From positions 1 to 23,467 of the forward strand of contig JBKJLC010000043.1 in assembly GCA_046597055.1 (NCBI GenBank): a stretch of DNA of 23,467 bases, read 5' to 3'. Source of the DNA: Kofleriaceae bacterium (lineage in GTDB: Bacteria; Myxococcota_A; Polyangia; Haliangiales; Haliangiaceae). How positions within the stretch are numbered: the stretch's first letter is position 1; every line of letters begins with the position of its first letter. The translations under genes were made by a program, and so were the position numbers. The notes beneath the pieces are model-generated. The model did not search any database. It saw nothing but the letters and a program-made list of their open reading frames with translations, and was not told the origin of the DNA. Below, piece after piece: positions 8,445-17,032 of the stretch.

Positions 8445-9395
8445 ATGAGGGCACCCTGGATCACGCTGTTGTTCACGATCCCCCTCGTTGCGTGTGGTCC
8501 GTCGGCGGGCGGAGCCGACGACGACGACGACGACGATGACGGCAGCGGCGGCATCGACGCACCGACCCAGACCGGCGATCCCGGCGACGGCGGCGTCTGC
8601 ACGGACGTGGTCGATCTGGTGTTCGTCCTCGACACCTCGAGCTCGATGGACTTCGTGCTGTCCCAGCTCGAGGGCCAGATCGCCGGCGTCGTCACCGCGG
8701 CCAACCAGCTCGCACCCGACGCCCATTTCGGGCTGATCGCCTTCCAGGACAACCATCGGCTCGACGCGACCGGCCCGCTCGAGGGCGGCCGCGTCCATAC
8801 CCAGGCCGCGACCCTGCAGGCGGCGTTCGCCCACTACCGCACCGTCTACACGGGCAACAACCGCAACCCGGGCGACGGCCCGGGCGGTCCGACCACGCAG
8901 AACCCGATCTGCGAGGAGAACTCGCTCGACGCGCTGTACGCCGCCGCCAGCGAGTTCCCGTGGCGGCCCAACGCGACCCGCGTCGTGATCGTCGCGACCG
9001 ACGACACGTTCCTCGAGGCGTCCGACAACTACGGCGATCGCGACCACGACGGCGACACCTCGTCGACCGATTACCCGAGCGAGGGCAACTACCCGGCGCG
9101 CCACACCCTCGCCGAGACGGTCACCGCGCTGCAGGCCGGCCGCATGCGCGTGTTCGCGTTCAGCCGCGTGCGCGAGCCCGGCTTCTTCGACCGGTGCGGC
9201 ACGCCCCGGCGCTTCCCCTGGGCCGACCTCAGCGACGGCTGGAGCACGCCGTACCTCGGCGCACCGCCGATCCCGGCCGCGACCGACGCGCTGCAGTTCG
9301 ACCTCGACCAGGTGCGCTCCGGCGCGCTCTCGCTGTCGGCGACGATCAACGGCGTCGTGCTCGACTCGTACTGCTCGCCGCCCGTCATCGACTGA
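8445..9395 (+). CDS. von Willebrand factor A (VWA) domain lipoprotein
   Basis: Lipobox LVAC; Asp8 linker; DLVFVLDTSSSM (MIDAS DxSxS); FGLIAFQD; EENSLDAL; FPWRPNATRVVIVATDD. Confidence 0.85.
   Translation: MRAPWITLLFTIPLVACGPSAGGADDDDDDDDGSGGIDAPTQTGDPGDGGVCTDVVDLVFVLDTSSSMDFVLSQLEGQIAGVVTAANQLAPDAHFGLIAFQDNHRLDATGPLEGGRVHTQAATLQAAFAHYRTVYTGNNRNPGDGPGGPTTQNPICEENSLDALYAAASEFPWRPNATRVVIVATDDTFLEASDNYGDRDHDGDTSSTDYPSEGNYPARHTLAETVTALQAGRMRVFAFSRVREPGFFDRCGTPRRFPWADLSDGWSTPYLGAPPIPAATDALQFDLDQVRSGALSLSATINGVVLDSYCSPPVID
8517..8540 (+). repeat. (GAC)n trinucleotide run encoding Asp8
   Basis: (GAC)6-GAT-GAC just after the lipoprotein Cys. Confidence 0.85.
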
Positions 9396-10163
9396 GCCTC
9401 GCGCTGGCCCGCACGGTGGCGCCGGAGCTGTCCCGACGCCACTGGCAGGAGGCGGTGAGCGCGGCGGGCGGGCGCCGTGGTTGCTCCGGCGGCGCCTGGT
9501 CGCGGCCGACGACGGCGACGACCACCACGCCGCGCTGCGCGGCCTCGACGGGGACGCGCGCGCGGTCGCGGCGCTGCTCGCGGTGGCCAGCCGGCCGGTG
9601 ACCGAGGCGGCGCTGGCCACCGCCCACGAAGCCGAGGTGGCCGGGGCGGTGCGCGAGCTGGCGCGGCGTGGCCTCGCCGGCGTGACCGCGAACGGCCCGC
9701 GCCTCCTCGACATCGCGCGCGGGGTCGTCGAGGCCGCGCTGACCGACGACGATCGGGCCGGCGCGCGCGCGGCGATCGCGGCGCGCTGGCCCGGCCACGA
9801 CGATCCGGCGGCCGCGCTCGAGGCCGTGCGGCTGCTCGCCGAGGACCGCCAGGTGGACGCCCTGGCCGCGCTCGCGCGCGACGGCGACCGGCTGCTCGAG
9901 CGCGGCCACGGCGACGTGCTGTGGCGCTGGGTCGGATCGATCGGCGCGGCGCCGCTGTACCACTGGCGCGCGCGGATCGCGGCCGCGGCCGGCCCCCCCG
10001 GCGCTCGGCGAGCTCGAGCCGCCGCCCGGCGACGACCGCGACGAGCAGCTGGCGTGCGGTCGCCTACACCAGCACCTTGACCAGCGTGCTGGTCAAGGTG
10101 CTCCCCAACTGCGCGGGCTCGAGCGGCACCGCGTGGAACTTCTCGGTGTCGTGCCCGCTCTAG
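9396..10163 (+). pseudogene. Frameshifted internal fragment of a STAND/winged-helix-type protein joined to an unrelated C-terminal fragment
   Basis: No proper start. Protein-like text switches frame near 9470 (AAGG/APWLLRR, GxP-like) and at the C7 run 9993-9999. A third frame then gives VAYTSTLTSVLVKVLPNCAGSSGTAWNFSVSCPL*. Confidence 0.5.
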
Positions 10164-10309
10164 CCGGCTGATCGGCGGCGCGTCGCGGCGCCGCCGACCG
10201 TCCGCGCGGCGATGCGTGGGGCACCACCACCGGCTCGATTGCGTGCCCACGCAGGCCGCGGGTCTGCGAGCGCCTCGGCGCATGGGCGGCCGGTCTGCTA
10301 TGAATCGGC

Positions 10310-10519
10310 ATGACCGAGCACGGCCCAGAGTCCGACCCGACGCCGCGGCTTCGGCCGCGCGGCTTCATACCGGTCCTCGGCGCGCTCGCCGGCGCCGCCG
10401 CAGGACTTGCCTACTACTGGTTCGTAGGCTGCGATAGCGGTTGAGCCTCACAATCGAACCCCGTGATCGCGACCGGTCTCGGCGCGGCGCTGGGTCTCGT
10501 TGCGACCGTGAGTCGCTGA
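10310..10519 (+). CDS. Small two-TM DUF6132-like membrane protein with in-frame TGA (candidate selenoprotein)
   Basis: MTEHGPESDPTPRLRPRGFIPVLGALAGAAAGLAYYWFVGCDSG-[TGA 10442-10444]-ASQSNPVIATGLGAALGLVATVSR*. Similarity to the DUF6132 pattern as I recall it (YYxFVGCxSGxCxITSNP..G) continues past the TGA. TGcTATGAAT lies just upstream. Confidence 0.7.
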
Positions 10520-10582
10520 GCGTCTGATTCAGGTCATCGGTCGCGGGAGGGTGCAGCGCGGAGCGGCGCCGCCCGCGTCGGC

Positions 10583-11200
10583 TCAGGTGTGCGCCGTCGG
10601 GACCGGCGCGTCGACGACCAGGACCACCCCGAGATCCTGGCGCAACTTGCGCAGGGCGGCGGCGAGGCGGGACTTCACCGTGCCAACGGGGATCCCGAGG
10701 TGCGCAGCCATCTGCGAACATGACAGGCCGTCGAAGTAGCTCAGCTCGAGGACCTGCCGTTGCGGGGGCGACAGCAGCGCGACCGCGGCGCGCACGTGCT
10801 GTCGGTCGGCCTGGTCGCCCGGCTCGGGCCCCGCGCACGCGCGCCCGACCAGCCCGCCTTCGTCGTCGCACCGGAGCCGAACTCGGGCCGACCTCAGCAC
10901 GTCGATCGCGCGCGAACGCGTCCGGACCACGAGCCAGGTGAGCACGCGGCCGCGCCGATGATCGAAGTCCGGCGCGTGACGCCACACCTCGACGAAGACA
11001 TCATGGAGCACGTCTTCGGCCTCACGCCGGTCGCGGAGCATCCGGATCCCGAGGCCCAGCAACAGCGGCGCGTATCGATCGTAGAGGCGACCGAGCGCCC
11101 CGCGGTCGCCATGCGCGATGGCCAGGACCCACGCGGCGGCGGCGGCGTTGTCGGCTTCCATGGCGGCCGCGTCCAAACGCGGTCCTGTGGCCCCCCTCAT
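10583..11200 (-). CDS. ECF RNA polymerase sigma factor (SigK-like)
   Basis: Region 2: GDRGALGRLYDRY..AEDVLHDVFVEVWR..WLVVRTRSRAID. Region 4: LSPPQRQVLELSYFDGLS..LGIPVGTVKSRL. Confidence 0.93.
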   Translation of the reverse strand: MRGATGPRLDAAAMEADNAAAAAWVLAIAHGDRGALGRLYDRYAPLLLGLGIRMLRDRREAEDVLHDVFVEVWRHAPDFDHRRGRVLTWLVVRTRSRAIDVLRSARVRLRCDDEGGLVGRACAGPEPGDQADRQHVRAAVALLSPPQRQVLELSYFDGLSCSQMAAHLGIPVGTVKSRLAAALRKLRQDLGVVLVVDAPVPTAHT

Positions 11201-11385
11201 CTAGGGCAACCGTATCATCGCGCCATGGTTTGCCAAGCGTCGACGGCGGGAGCGACGCAGCGGCGCGAGCGCGTGTCAGCGCACCGCGGCGAACGCGTGA
11301 ACGCGCCGCTGGCCGTGCGTCCCACGATGTGAGCGCGGCCGCGCCAGCGGTTGTCCTGCCCGGCGGCGACCCCTATCCTCGCCTC

Positions 11386-12120
11386 ATGCGGCCCCCTCCT
11401 CGCGCGCGCCCGTCGTCGCCGAAGCGACCCCGGCCCGCCGCAAAGGCGGCCCCCGCGGTACCGCGCCGGCCCTACGGCGGCAAGGCTCCCGAGCAACGCC
11501 GGCTCGATCGGCGCGCCCGGCTGATCGCGTCCGCGCTCGATCTGTTCGGCACCCAGGGCTACGCCCGCACCAACCTGACCGCGCTCTGCGCGCACGCCGG
11601 CGTCTCGACGCGTGACTTCTACACCGAGTTCACGTCGCGCGAGACCCTGATGGCCGCGCTCTACGAGCACCTGGTCGCCAACGTCCTCGGCCACGTGGTG
11701 CGCGGGCTCGGCGAGGCGCCGCCTGGCCCACGCGCCCGCGTCGTCCACGGCCTGCGCGCGTTCATCCGCGCCTACCTCGTCGATCCACGGGTCGCCCGCG
11801 TGCTGTGCCTCGAGATGGTCGGCGCCAGCCCCGAGCTCGAGCAGCTGCGACGGCGCGGCATGCGCAGCTTCGCCGCGCTGATCGAGACGCAGGCCTACGA
11901 GCTGTTGCAGGGCGACGTCCCCCGCGATGCCCTCCGGCTGTCAGCGCTCGCGCTGGCGGGCGCGACCAACGAGCTGATCGTCGAGTGGCTGACCAATCCC
12001 GCGCCGCCGCCGGTGGTCATGCTGGAGGACAACCTCGCGCTCATCTTCCTCGCGCTCCTCGATGCCTCGCCGCGTGCGCAAGCGCTCCTCCACGAGCTCG
12101 GCGCCAAACCGCGCGCCTGA
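11386..12120 (+). CDS. TetR/AcrR family transcriptional regulator
   Basis: RPYGGKAPEQRR..LIASALDLFGTQGYARTNLTALCAHAGVSTRDFYTEF (HTH). Start moved to ATG 11386, 6 nt after TATCCT (11374-11379). Confidence 0.92.
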   Translation: MRPPPRARPSSPKRPRPAAKAAPAVPRRPYGGKAPEQRRLDRRARLIASALDLFGTQGYARTNLTALCAHAGVSTRDFYTEFTSRETLMAALYEHLVANVLGHVVRGLGEAPPGPRARVVHGLRAFIRAYLVDPRVARVLCLEMVGASPELEQLRRRGMRSFAALIETQAYELLQGDVPRDALRLSALALAGATNELIVEWLTNPAPPPVVMLEDNLALIFLALLDASPRAQALLHELGAKPRA

Positions 12121-12143
12121 GCCGAGGGGCGCGGCTCAGGCTT
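12115..12143 (+). terminator. Stem-loop at the tetR stop (probable intrinsic terminator)
   Basis: Perfect 10-bp stem GCCTGAGCCG/CGGCTCAGGC with a 7-nt loop. Only a short TT tail follows. Confidence 0.6.
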
Positions 12144-12467
12144 GATCCCAAGTCTTCATGTGATCGGAAGGGCTCACCCTTTCCCGGTGGCCCTGAGCCG
12201 GCGCCGCAGGCGCCGTGTCGAAGGTCAGAGCCGAGGTGCCGCGCGTGATCTTCGACGGGCTGCCCTTCGACGGCGGGCGCCGGGACACCGGGGAAGATGT
12301 GCGGGAGCCTGAGGGCGCGGGCCGGCGCTGCTCCGCAGCGATCAGCCGCGGGCTCCGGCCACGGCCGACGGGACGATGGGACGATGGGATTCCAACGCGC
12401 GACGCCTTTGAACGCCCGCAGGAAAGTTTCGTTTCCGGTCCTCACCGCCGGACAATGGCCTCGCGGC

Positions 12468-12517
12468 GCGATATCTGAAAATCAGCCTTGTCAGATTTCC
12501 AGATATCGCTGTAGGGT
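12468..12517 (+). promoter_or_regulatory. Palindromic operator overlapping a sigma70-type promoter
   Basis: GCGATATCTGAAAATC (12468-12483) and GATTTCCAGATATCGC (12494-12509) are inverted repeats at 15/16. TTGTCA (12488-12493) lies in the spacer and TAGGGT (12512-12517) 18 nt downstream. SD GGAGG at 12532-12536. Confidence 0.8.
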
Positions 12518-12540
12518 CACCTCGAACCCTGGAGGTGCCC

Positions 12541-13629
12541 ATGTCGGCTGTCCCTTTCATGCCGCGCGCCGCGCTCGTCGCCGCGGTCGCCACCGCTCTC
12601 GCCCTGACCGGATGCGATGACCCCGAAGCCGGGGAGGCGCGACGCTGTGCGTCGGCGTCGGGCTACGCCGGCGACGACAGCTGCCTCGAGCCACCGGCGC
12701 CCGGGACCGGCTTCCAGCTCCACTACGGCCCGGCCAGCCTCGACGATCCCGACGAGGTCGCCCGCTATCTGCTCGCCCCCGGCGAGGAGCGCACCGACTG
12801 CGTGTTCCTGAAGACGCCCAACGACGAGGAGATCTTCATCGCTGGCTACCGCGGTCGCATGCGCCCCGGCTCGCACCACATGATCACGTACGTCCAGGAC
12901 CACGACACGCCCGACAGCGAAGGTCCCGAGCCGTGCGCGCAGGGCGCGGACAGCACGTTCCTGCTCGGGTCGCAGGAGCCGGCGATCGATCTCACCGTCG
13001 ACCAGGCCGCACCCGAGGAGCTCGGCGACGCGATGCGCCTCGGCGCACGCCGCCAGGTCGCGATCCAGCTGCACTACCTGAACGGCACCGACGCGCCGAT
13101 GCTGCGCGAGGCCTGGATCAACGTGCTCTACGCCGAGCCGGCCCAGGTGACCCGCGAGGTGTCGTCGCTGTTCTGGCTCGGTGGGCTCGGCATGAAGGTG
13201 CTGCCCGGCGTGCGCGAGACCATCCGCGCGCAGTGCGAGGTCCCCGCCGACGCGCCCCCCGATCTGGCGCTGCTCCGCATCACGGGGCACTTCCACGCCC
13301 ACACGCTCCGGCAGAGCGTGTGGAAGCTCTCGGGCGCGACCCGGACCCGCGTCTACGAGGGCTACGACTACAACCACCCCGGCTGGCTGGCGTTCAACAG
13401 CACGGCCGACAACCCGGCGCCCGACCCGGCCCGCCAGACCGCCGGGAGCGACCACGACGGCCCGCTGCCGCTCGCCCCGGGCGATCGGCTCGAGTGGGAG
13501 TGCGACGTCCACAACACCACCGGCGCACCGCTCGAGTTCGCCGACGGCGTCTTCACCGCCGAGATGTGCAACGTCTTCGGCACCTACGCGCCGAGCATGG
13601 GCGGCGCGTGGCGCTGCCTCAACTTCTGA
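12541..13629 (+). CDS. Copper type II (PHM/DBH-like) monooxygenase family lipoprotein
   Basis: CuH ligands in GSHHM and QLHYLN; CuM ligands in GHFHAH and EMC; lipobox ALALTGC. ATG 12541 follows the SD (12559 is an alternative start). Confidence 0.85.
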   Translation: MSAVPFMPRAALVAAVATALALTGCDDPEAGEARRCASASGYAGDDSCLEPPAPGTGFQLHYGPASLDDPDEVARYLLAPGEERTDCVFLKTPNDEEIFIAGYRGRMRPGSHHMITYVQDHDTPDSEGPEPCAQGADSTFLLGSQEPAIDLTVDQAAPEELGDAMRLGARRQVAIQLHYLNGTDAPMLREAWINVLYAEPAQVTREVSSLFWLGGLGMKVLPGVRETIRAQCEVPADAPPDLALLRITGHFHAHTLRQSVWKLSGATRTRVYEGYDYNHPGWLAFNSTADNPAPDPARQTAGSDHDGPLPLAPGDRLEWECDVHNTTGAPLEFADGVFTAEMCNVFGTYAPSMGGAWRCLNF

Positions 13630-13645
13630 GCCCCGGAGCGCTCCC

Positions 13646-15184
13646 ATGTCGCTCTTCGAATGGTTCCGCCGCCGCAAGAAGTCGGCGCCCGAGCTGCCGA
13701 CCGAGCCGCCGATCTGGCTCAACGCCCGGTCGAACGGCGAGTACTTCCACGAGCCGACCACCCGCGAGCGCCGGCTGCGCGAGCTGGTCATCGAGCAGGC
13801 GGCCGCGCCGGCCCGCCGCCTCGGCCTCGACCGCCGGGAGCTGCTCGCCTCCAGCATGGGCATGGCGCTCACGCTCGGGCTCGCGAACCGGCTGGCCGGC
13901 TGCGACGCCGGCGGCCACTACCACGTCCCCTCGCTCGACGAGTGCGTCGCGCGGGGCGGGCGCGCGCTGTCAGGCGGCGGCGAGTTCATCTTCGACGTCC
14001 AGACCCATCACTTCGATCCCGCCGGCGACTGGCGCGCGACCAACCCGGTCTACGCGAGCTTCCTCGCCACGCTCGGCACCTGCGGGGCGAACGATCCCAT
14101 CGACTGCTTCCGGCGCGAGCGCTACGCGGAGCTGCTCTTCGTCGACAGCGACACCACGGTGGCGGTGCTGTCGAGCTTTCCGGCCGCGCTGTGCGACGAC
14201 CGGCGCCGGGCCGGGTGCGGGCTGCCGCTCGACAACCCCGGCATGGCCGGGACCCGCGACTGGCTCAACGAGCTCACCCACTCGGAGCGGCTCGTCAACC
14301 ACTGTCAGGTGATGCCCAACCTCGATCTCGCCGAGCAGCTCGCGATGATGGACGAGATGGCCGCGAGCTACGGGGTCGGCGGCTGGAAGTGCTACCCCGC
14401 GTTCGGTCCGGACCAGGTCGGCTTCTGGCTCGACGACCCGATCGGTCGGGCCTTCATCGAGCGCGGCCTCGCGCTCGGCGTCGACGTGTTCTGCGTGCAC
14501 AAGGGCCTGCCCATCCCCGGGTTCGACCTGGCCCACAACTATCCGACCGAGATCGGCCGGGTCGCGCGCGCGTACCCCGAGGCCAAGATCGTCGTCTACC
14601 ACTCGGCGATCTGCGCCGGCCAGGACCTCACGTGCAGCCCGATGGAGGGACCGTACGATCCGGCCAGCGCGACCCAGGGCATCGACACGCTCCTGCGCTC
14701 GCTCGATGACGCCGGCATCGGACCCGGCCAGAACGTCTACGCCGAGCTGGGCAGCTGCTGGAACCAGGTCATGCACGACCCCACGCAGGCGGCGCACGTG
14801 CTCGGCAAGCTGCTGCTCCGCGTCGGCGAGGACAACGTGCTGTGGGGCACCGACGCGATCCTCAACGGCTCGCCCCAGCCGCAGATCGAAGCGCTGCGCG
14901 CCTTCGAGATCGATCCGGTCTTCCAGGATCGCCACGGCTACCCGGCGCTGACCCCGGCGCGCAAGGCCAAGATCTTCGGCCTCAACGCCGCGCGGCTCTA
15001 CCGGATCGATCCGGCTCGGCAGCGCTGCGTCGTCGAGCGCGACGTGTTCGCCGATGCCCGGCGCGCGCTGGACGACGAGCTCGGTCCCCGGCGCTGGGCG
15101 GTGCAGCGCCCGCTCGGTCCGATCTCGCGGCGCGAGTTCGTCGCCCACGCGCGCGCGCAGCGCGCGAGCGGACGGCCGGCATGA
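13646..15184 (+). CDS. Amidohydrolase superfamily (Amidohydro_2-type) metalloenzyme
   Basis: FIFDVQTHH, GWKCYP, CVHKG, VYHSA, WGTDAI..GSPQPQIEALRAF and KAKIFGLNAARLY. Confidence 0.88.
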   Translation: MSLFEWFRRRKKSAPELPTEPPIWLNARSNGEYFHEPTTRERRLRELVIEQAAAPARRLGLDRRELLASSMGMALTLGLANRLAGCDAGGHYHVPSLDECVARGGRALSGGGEFIFDVQTHHFDPAGDWRATNPVYASFLATLGTCGANDPIDCFRRERYAELLFVDSDTTVAVLSSFPAALCDDRRRAGCGLPLDNPGMAGTRDWLNELTHSERLVNHCQVMPNLDLAEQLAMMDEMAASYGVGGWKCYPAFGPDQVGFWLDDPIGRAFIERGLALGVDVFCVHKGLPIPGFDLAHNYPTEIGRVARAYPEAKIVVYHSAICAGQDLTCSPMEGPYDPASATQGIDTLLRSLDDAGIGPGQNVYAELGSCWNQVMHDPTQAAHVLGKLLLRVGEDNVLWGTDAILNGSPQPQIEALRAFEIDPVFQDRHGYPALTPARKAKIFGLNAARLYRIDPARQRCVVERDVFADARRALDDELGPRRWAVQRPLGPISRREFVAHARAQRASGRPA

Positions 15185-16593
15185 GCCCGAGGTCGCGGCC
15201 GGGCGTGGCCGGAGCGCTGCTGCTCGCGGTCGCCGCCTGCGGTGGCGAGGAACCGCCGGCGCCGTTCCCCCCCGGCGCGTGGTGGCCCGCGTACGGCCGC
15301 GACCTCGACAACTCGCGGGCCAACCCCGACGAGGTCGAGCTGACGCCCGAGACGGTCGGCGGCCTGGTGCCGGTGTGGCGATACGCCGGCCCCGGCGTCA
15401 CGTCGACGCCGGTGGTGGTCGACGGCCAGGTCTTCATCGGGACCTGGCGCGGCCGCCTGGTCGTGCTCGACGCCGTCACCGGGGCGGTCGTGCGCGAGCT
15501 GGCCCTGCCCGGCGCCGGCACGGTCGACGCCACCCCGTGCGTCACCGCCGACCACATCTACGTCGGAGACGGCACCGGCACGTTGCACGCGATCGACCGC
15601 GCCACCGGTGCGGTGCGCTGGTCGACCCCGCTGGATCCGGGAACCCCGACCGCGCACCTCTACGGCTCGCCGGTGTACCTCGCCGACGCCGGCCTGGTGG
15701 TCAGCGGGGTCGCCTCGATCGAGCTGACCCTCGACGGCGTCACCGACTACCACTTCCGCGGCAGCATCGTCGCGGTGGATGCGGCGACCGGCGCCCCGCG
15801 CTGGCGCCGCTACCTGACCGCCGACGACGCCACCGCGGGCGCCGGCGTCTCGGTGTGGTCGACCGCCGCGGTCGACCCCGCGCGCCGGCTGCTGTTCATC
15901 GGCACCGGCCAGAGCTACGAGGCGCCGGCGAGCTCGCTCGGCGACGCGCTGGTCGCGATCCGGTACGACACCGGCGAGCTGGCCTGGCACCGGCAGTTCA
16001 CCGCCGACGACGTGTTCACGTTCTTCGGCGGGATCGAGGGCCCCGACTTCGACGTCGGCGCGGCGCCCAACCTGTTCACGGTCGGAGGCCGCGACGTGGT
16101 CGGCGTCGCCGACAAGGCCGGCGTCTACTCGACGCTCGATCGCGACACCGGCGAGATCATCTGGGCCCGCCAGCTCACGGTGGGCAGTCACCTCGGCGGC
16201 GTGATGGTCACCGCCGCGGTCCACGGCGGCTCGATCTACGTGGTCTCCAACCGGTGGGCCACGTACGACGACTTCGGCGACCCGCGCAACACCTCGGTCG
16301 CGTTCGGCCTCGACGCCGCCACCGGCGTCGCGCGCTGGCAGACCCCGCTCGCGGCGCCCAGCTTCGGCGCCGTGTCGTGGGCGGGCGGCGTCGTGTACGT
16401 CGGCACCATCGACGGCACCTTCCATGCGCTCGCCGGGTCCGACGGACGGTCGCTCTGGCACGACCCGTCGCTGCAGCCGATCGGCGGCGGCGCGACGATC
16501 GCCGCCGGCCGACTGCTGGTCCCACACGGATTCGTGTTCCTGGGCGCGCCCGGCGAGGCCGAGGGCGGCGTCACCGCCTACGGCCTGCCGTAG
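15181..16593 (+). CDS. PQQ-binding-like beta-propeller lipoprotein (polyvinyl-alcohol-dehydrogenase-like family)
   Basis: ATGA overlap; lipobox AVAAC; WPAYGRDLDNSR; repeated AxDxxTGxxxW docking motifs; SVWSTAAVD..FIGTGQSY..DALVA..WHRQ..DDVF..GPDFDVGAAP. No CxxCH. Confidence 0.85.
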   Translation: MSPRSRPGVAGALLLAVAACGGEEPPAPFPPGAWWPAYGRDLDNSRANPDEVELTPETVGGLVPVWRYAGPGVTSTPVVVDGQVFIGTWRGRLVVLDAVTGAVVRELALPGAGTVDATPCVTADHIYVGDGTGTLHAIDRATGAVRWSTPLDPGTPTAHLYGSPVYLADAGLVVSGVASIELTLDGVTDYHFRGSIVAVDAATGAPRWRRYLTADDATAGAGVSVWSTAAVDPARRLLFIGTGQSYEAPASSLGDALVAIRYDTGELAWHRQFTADDVFTFFGGIEGPDFDVGAAPNLFTVGGRDVVGVADKAGVYSTLDRDTGEIIWARQLTVGSHLGGVMVTAAVHGGSIYVVSNRWATYDDFGDPRNTSVAFGLDAATGVARWQTPLAAPSFGAVSWAGGVVYVGTIDGTFHALAGSDGRSLWHDPSLQPIGGGATIAAGRLLVPHGFVFLGAPGEAEGGVTAYGLP

Positions 16594-16633
16594 GCCGCAC
16601 CCCGACACTCTCACCATCACGAGGAGACGCAGC

Positions 16634-17032
16634 ATGCGCAAGCGCGAGACGATTGGATACCTCATGTTCACCATCGCCTTCGGCCTGGTCGCCGGTTGTG
16701 GCGGCGACGGCGGCGACGGCGGCGACGCGGACCCGACGGCCGACCCGGCGGTGCGGCAGTGCATCGCGGCCTCGCCCGAGGTCTCGGCGTGCGTGGAGTG
16801 CGCGTGCACCTCGTGCCTCGTCGAGATCAAGGCGTGCGACGACACCGCGGGCTGCGCGGCGATCCGCGCGTGCGGCGCGCGCAGCGGCTGCTCGGGCGCC
16901 GACTGCTACGGCGAGAACACCTGCCGCGAGGTCATCGATGCCAACGGCGGGCCGTTCGGGATCGGCGCCAGCACCGCGCTCACCGTGGGGCAGTGCGCCG
17001 ACGGCGCCGGCTGCCCGTGCAGCGCGTCATGA
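16634..17032 (+). CDS. Small Cys-rich lipoprotein (132 aa, 15 Cys)
   Basis: SD GAGGAG at 16621-16626; lipobox LVAGC; core CVECACTSCLVEIKACDDTAGC..C. Confidence 0.85.
   Translation: MRKRETIGYLMFTIAFGLVAGCGGDGGDGGDADPTADPAVRQCIAASPEVSACVECACTSCLVEIKACDDTAGCAAIRACGARSGCSGADCYGENTCREVIDANGGPFGIGASTALTVGQCADGAGCPCSAS

Noticed and set aside
12144..12467. Small gene or ncRNA between tetR and the operon
   Set aside because: No frame gives a convincing protein and no clear structure is visible. Left unassigned.
15181..16593. Beta-propeller as the PAL lyase partner of PHM, or as BamB
   Set aside because: The repeats are PQQ-type with PVA-dehydrogenase-like motifs rather than NHL repeats, and the context is not a bam locus.
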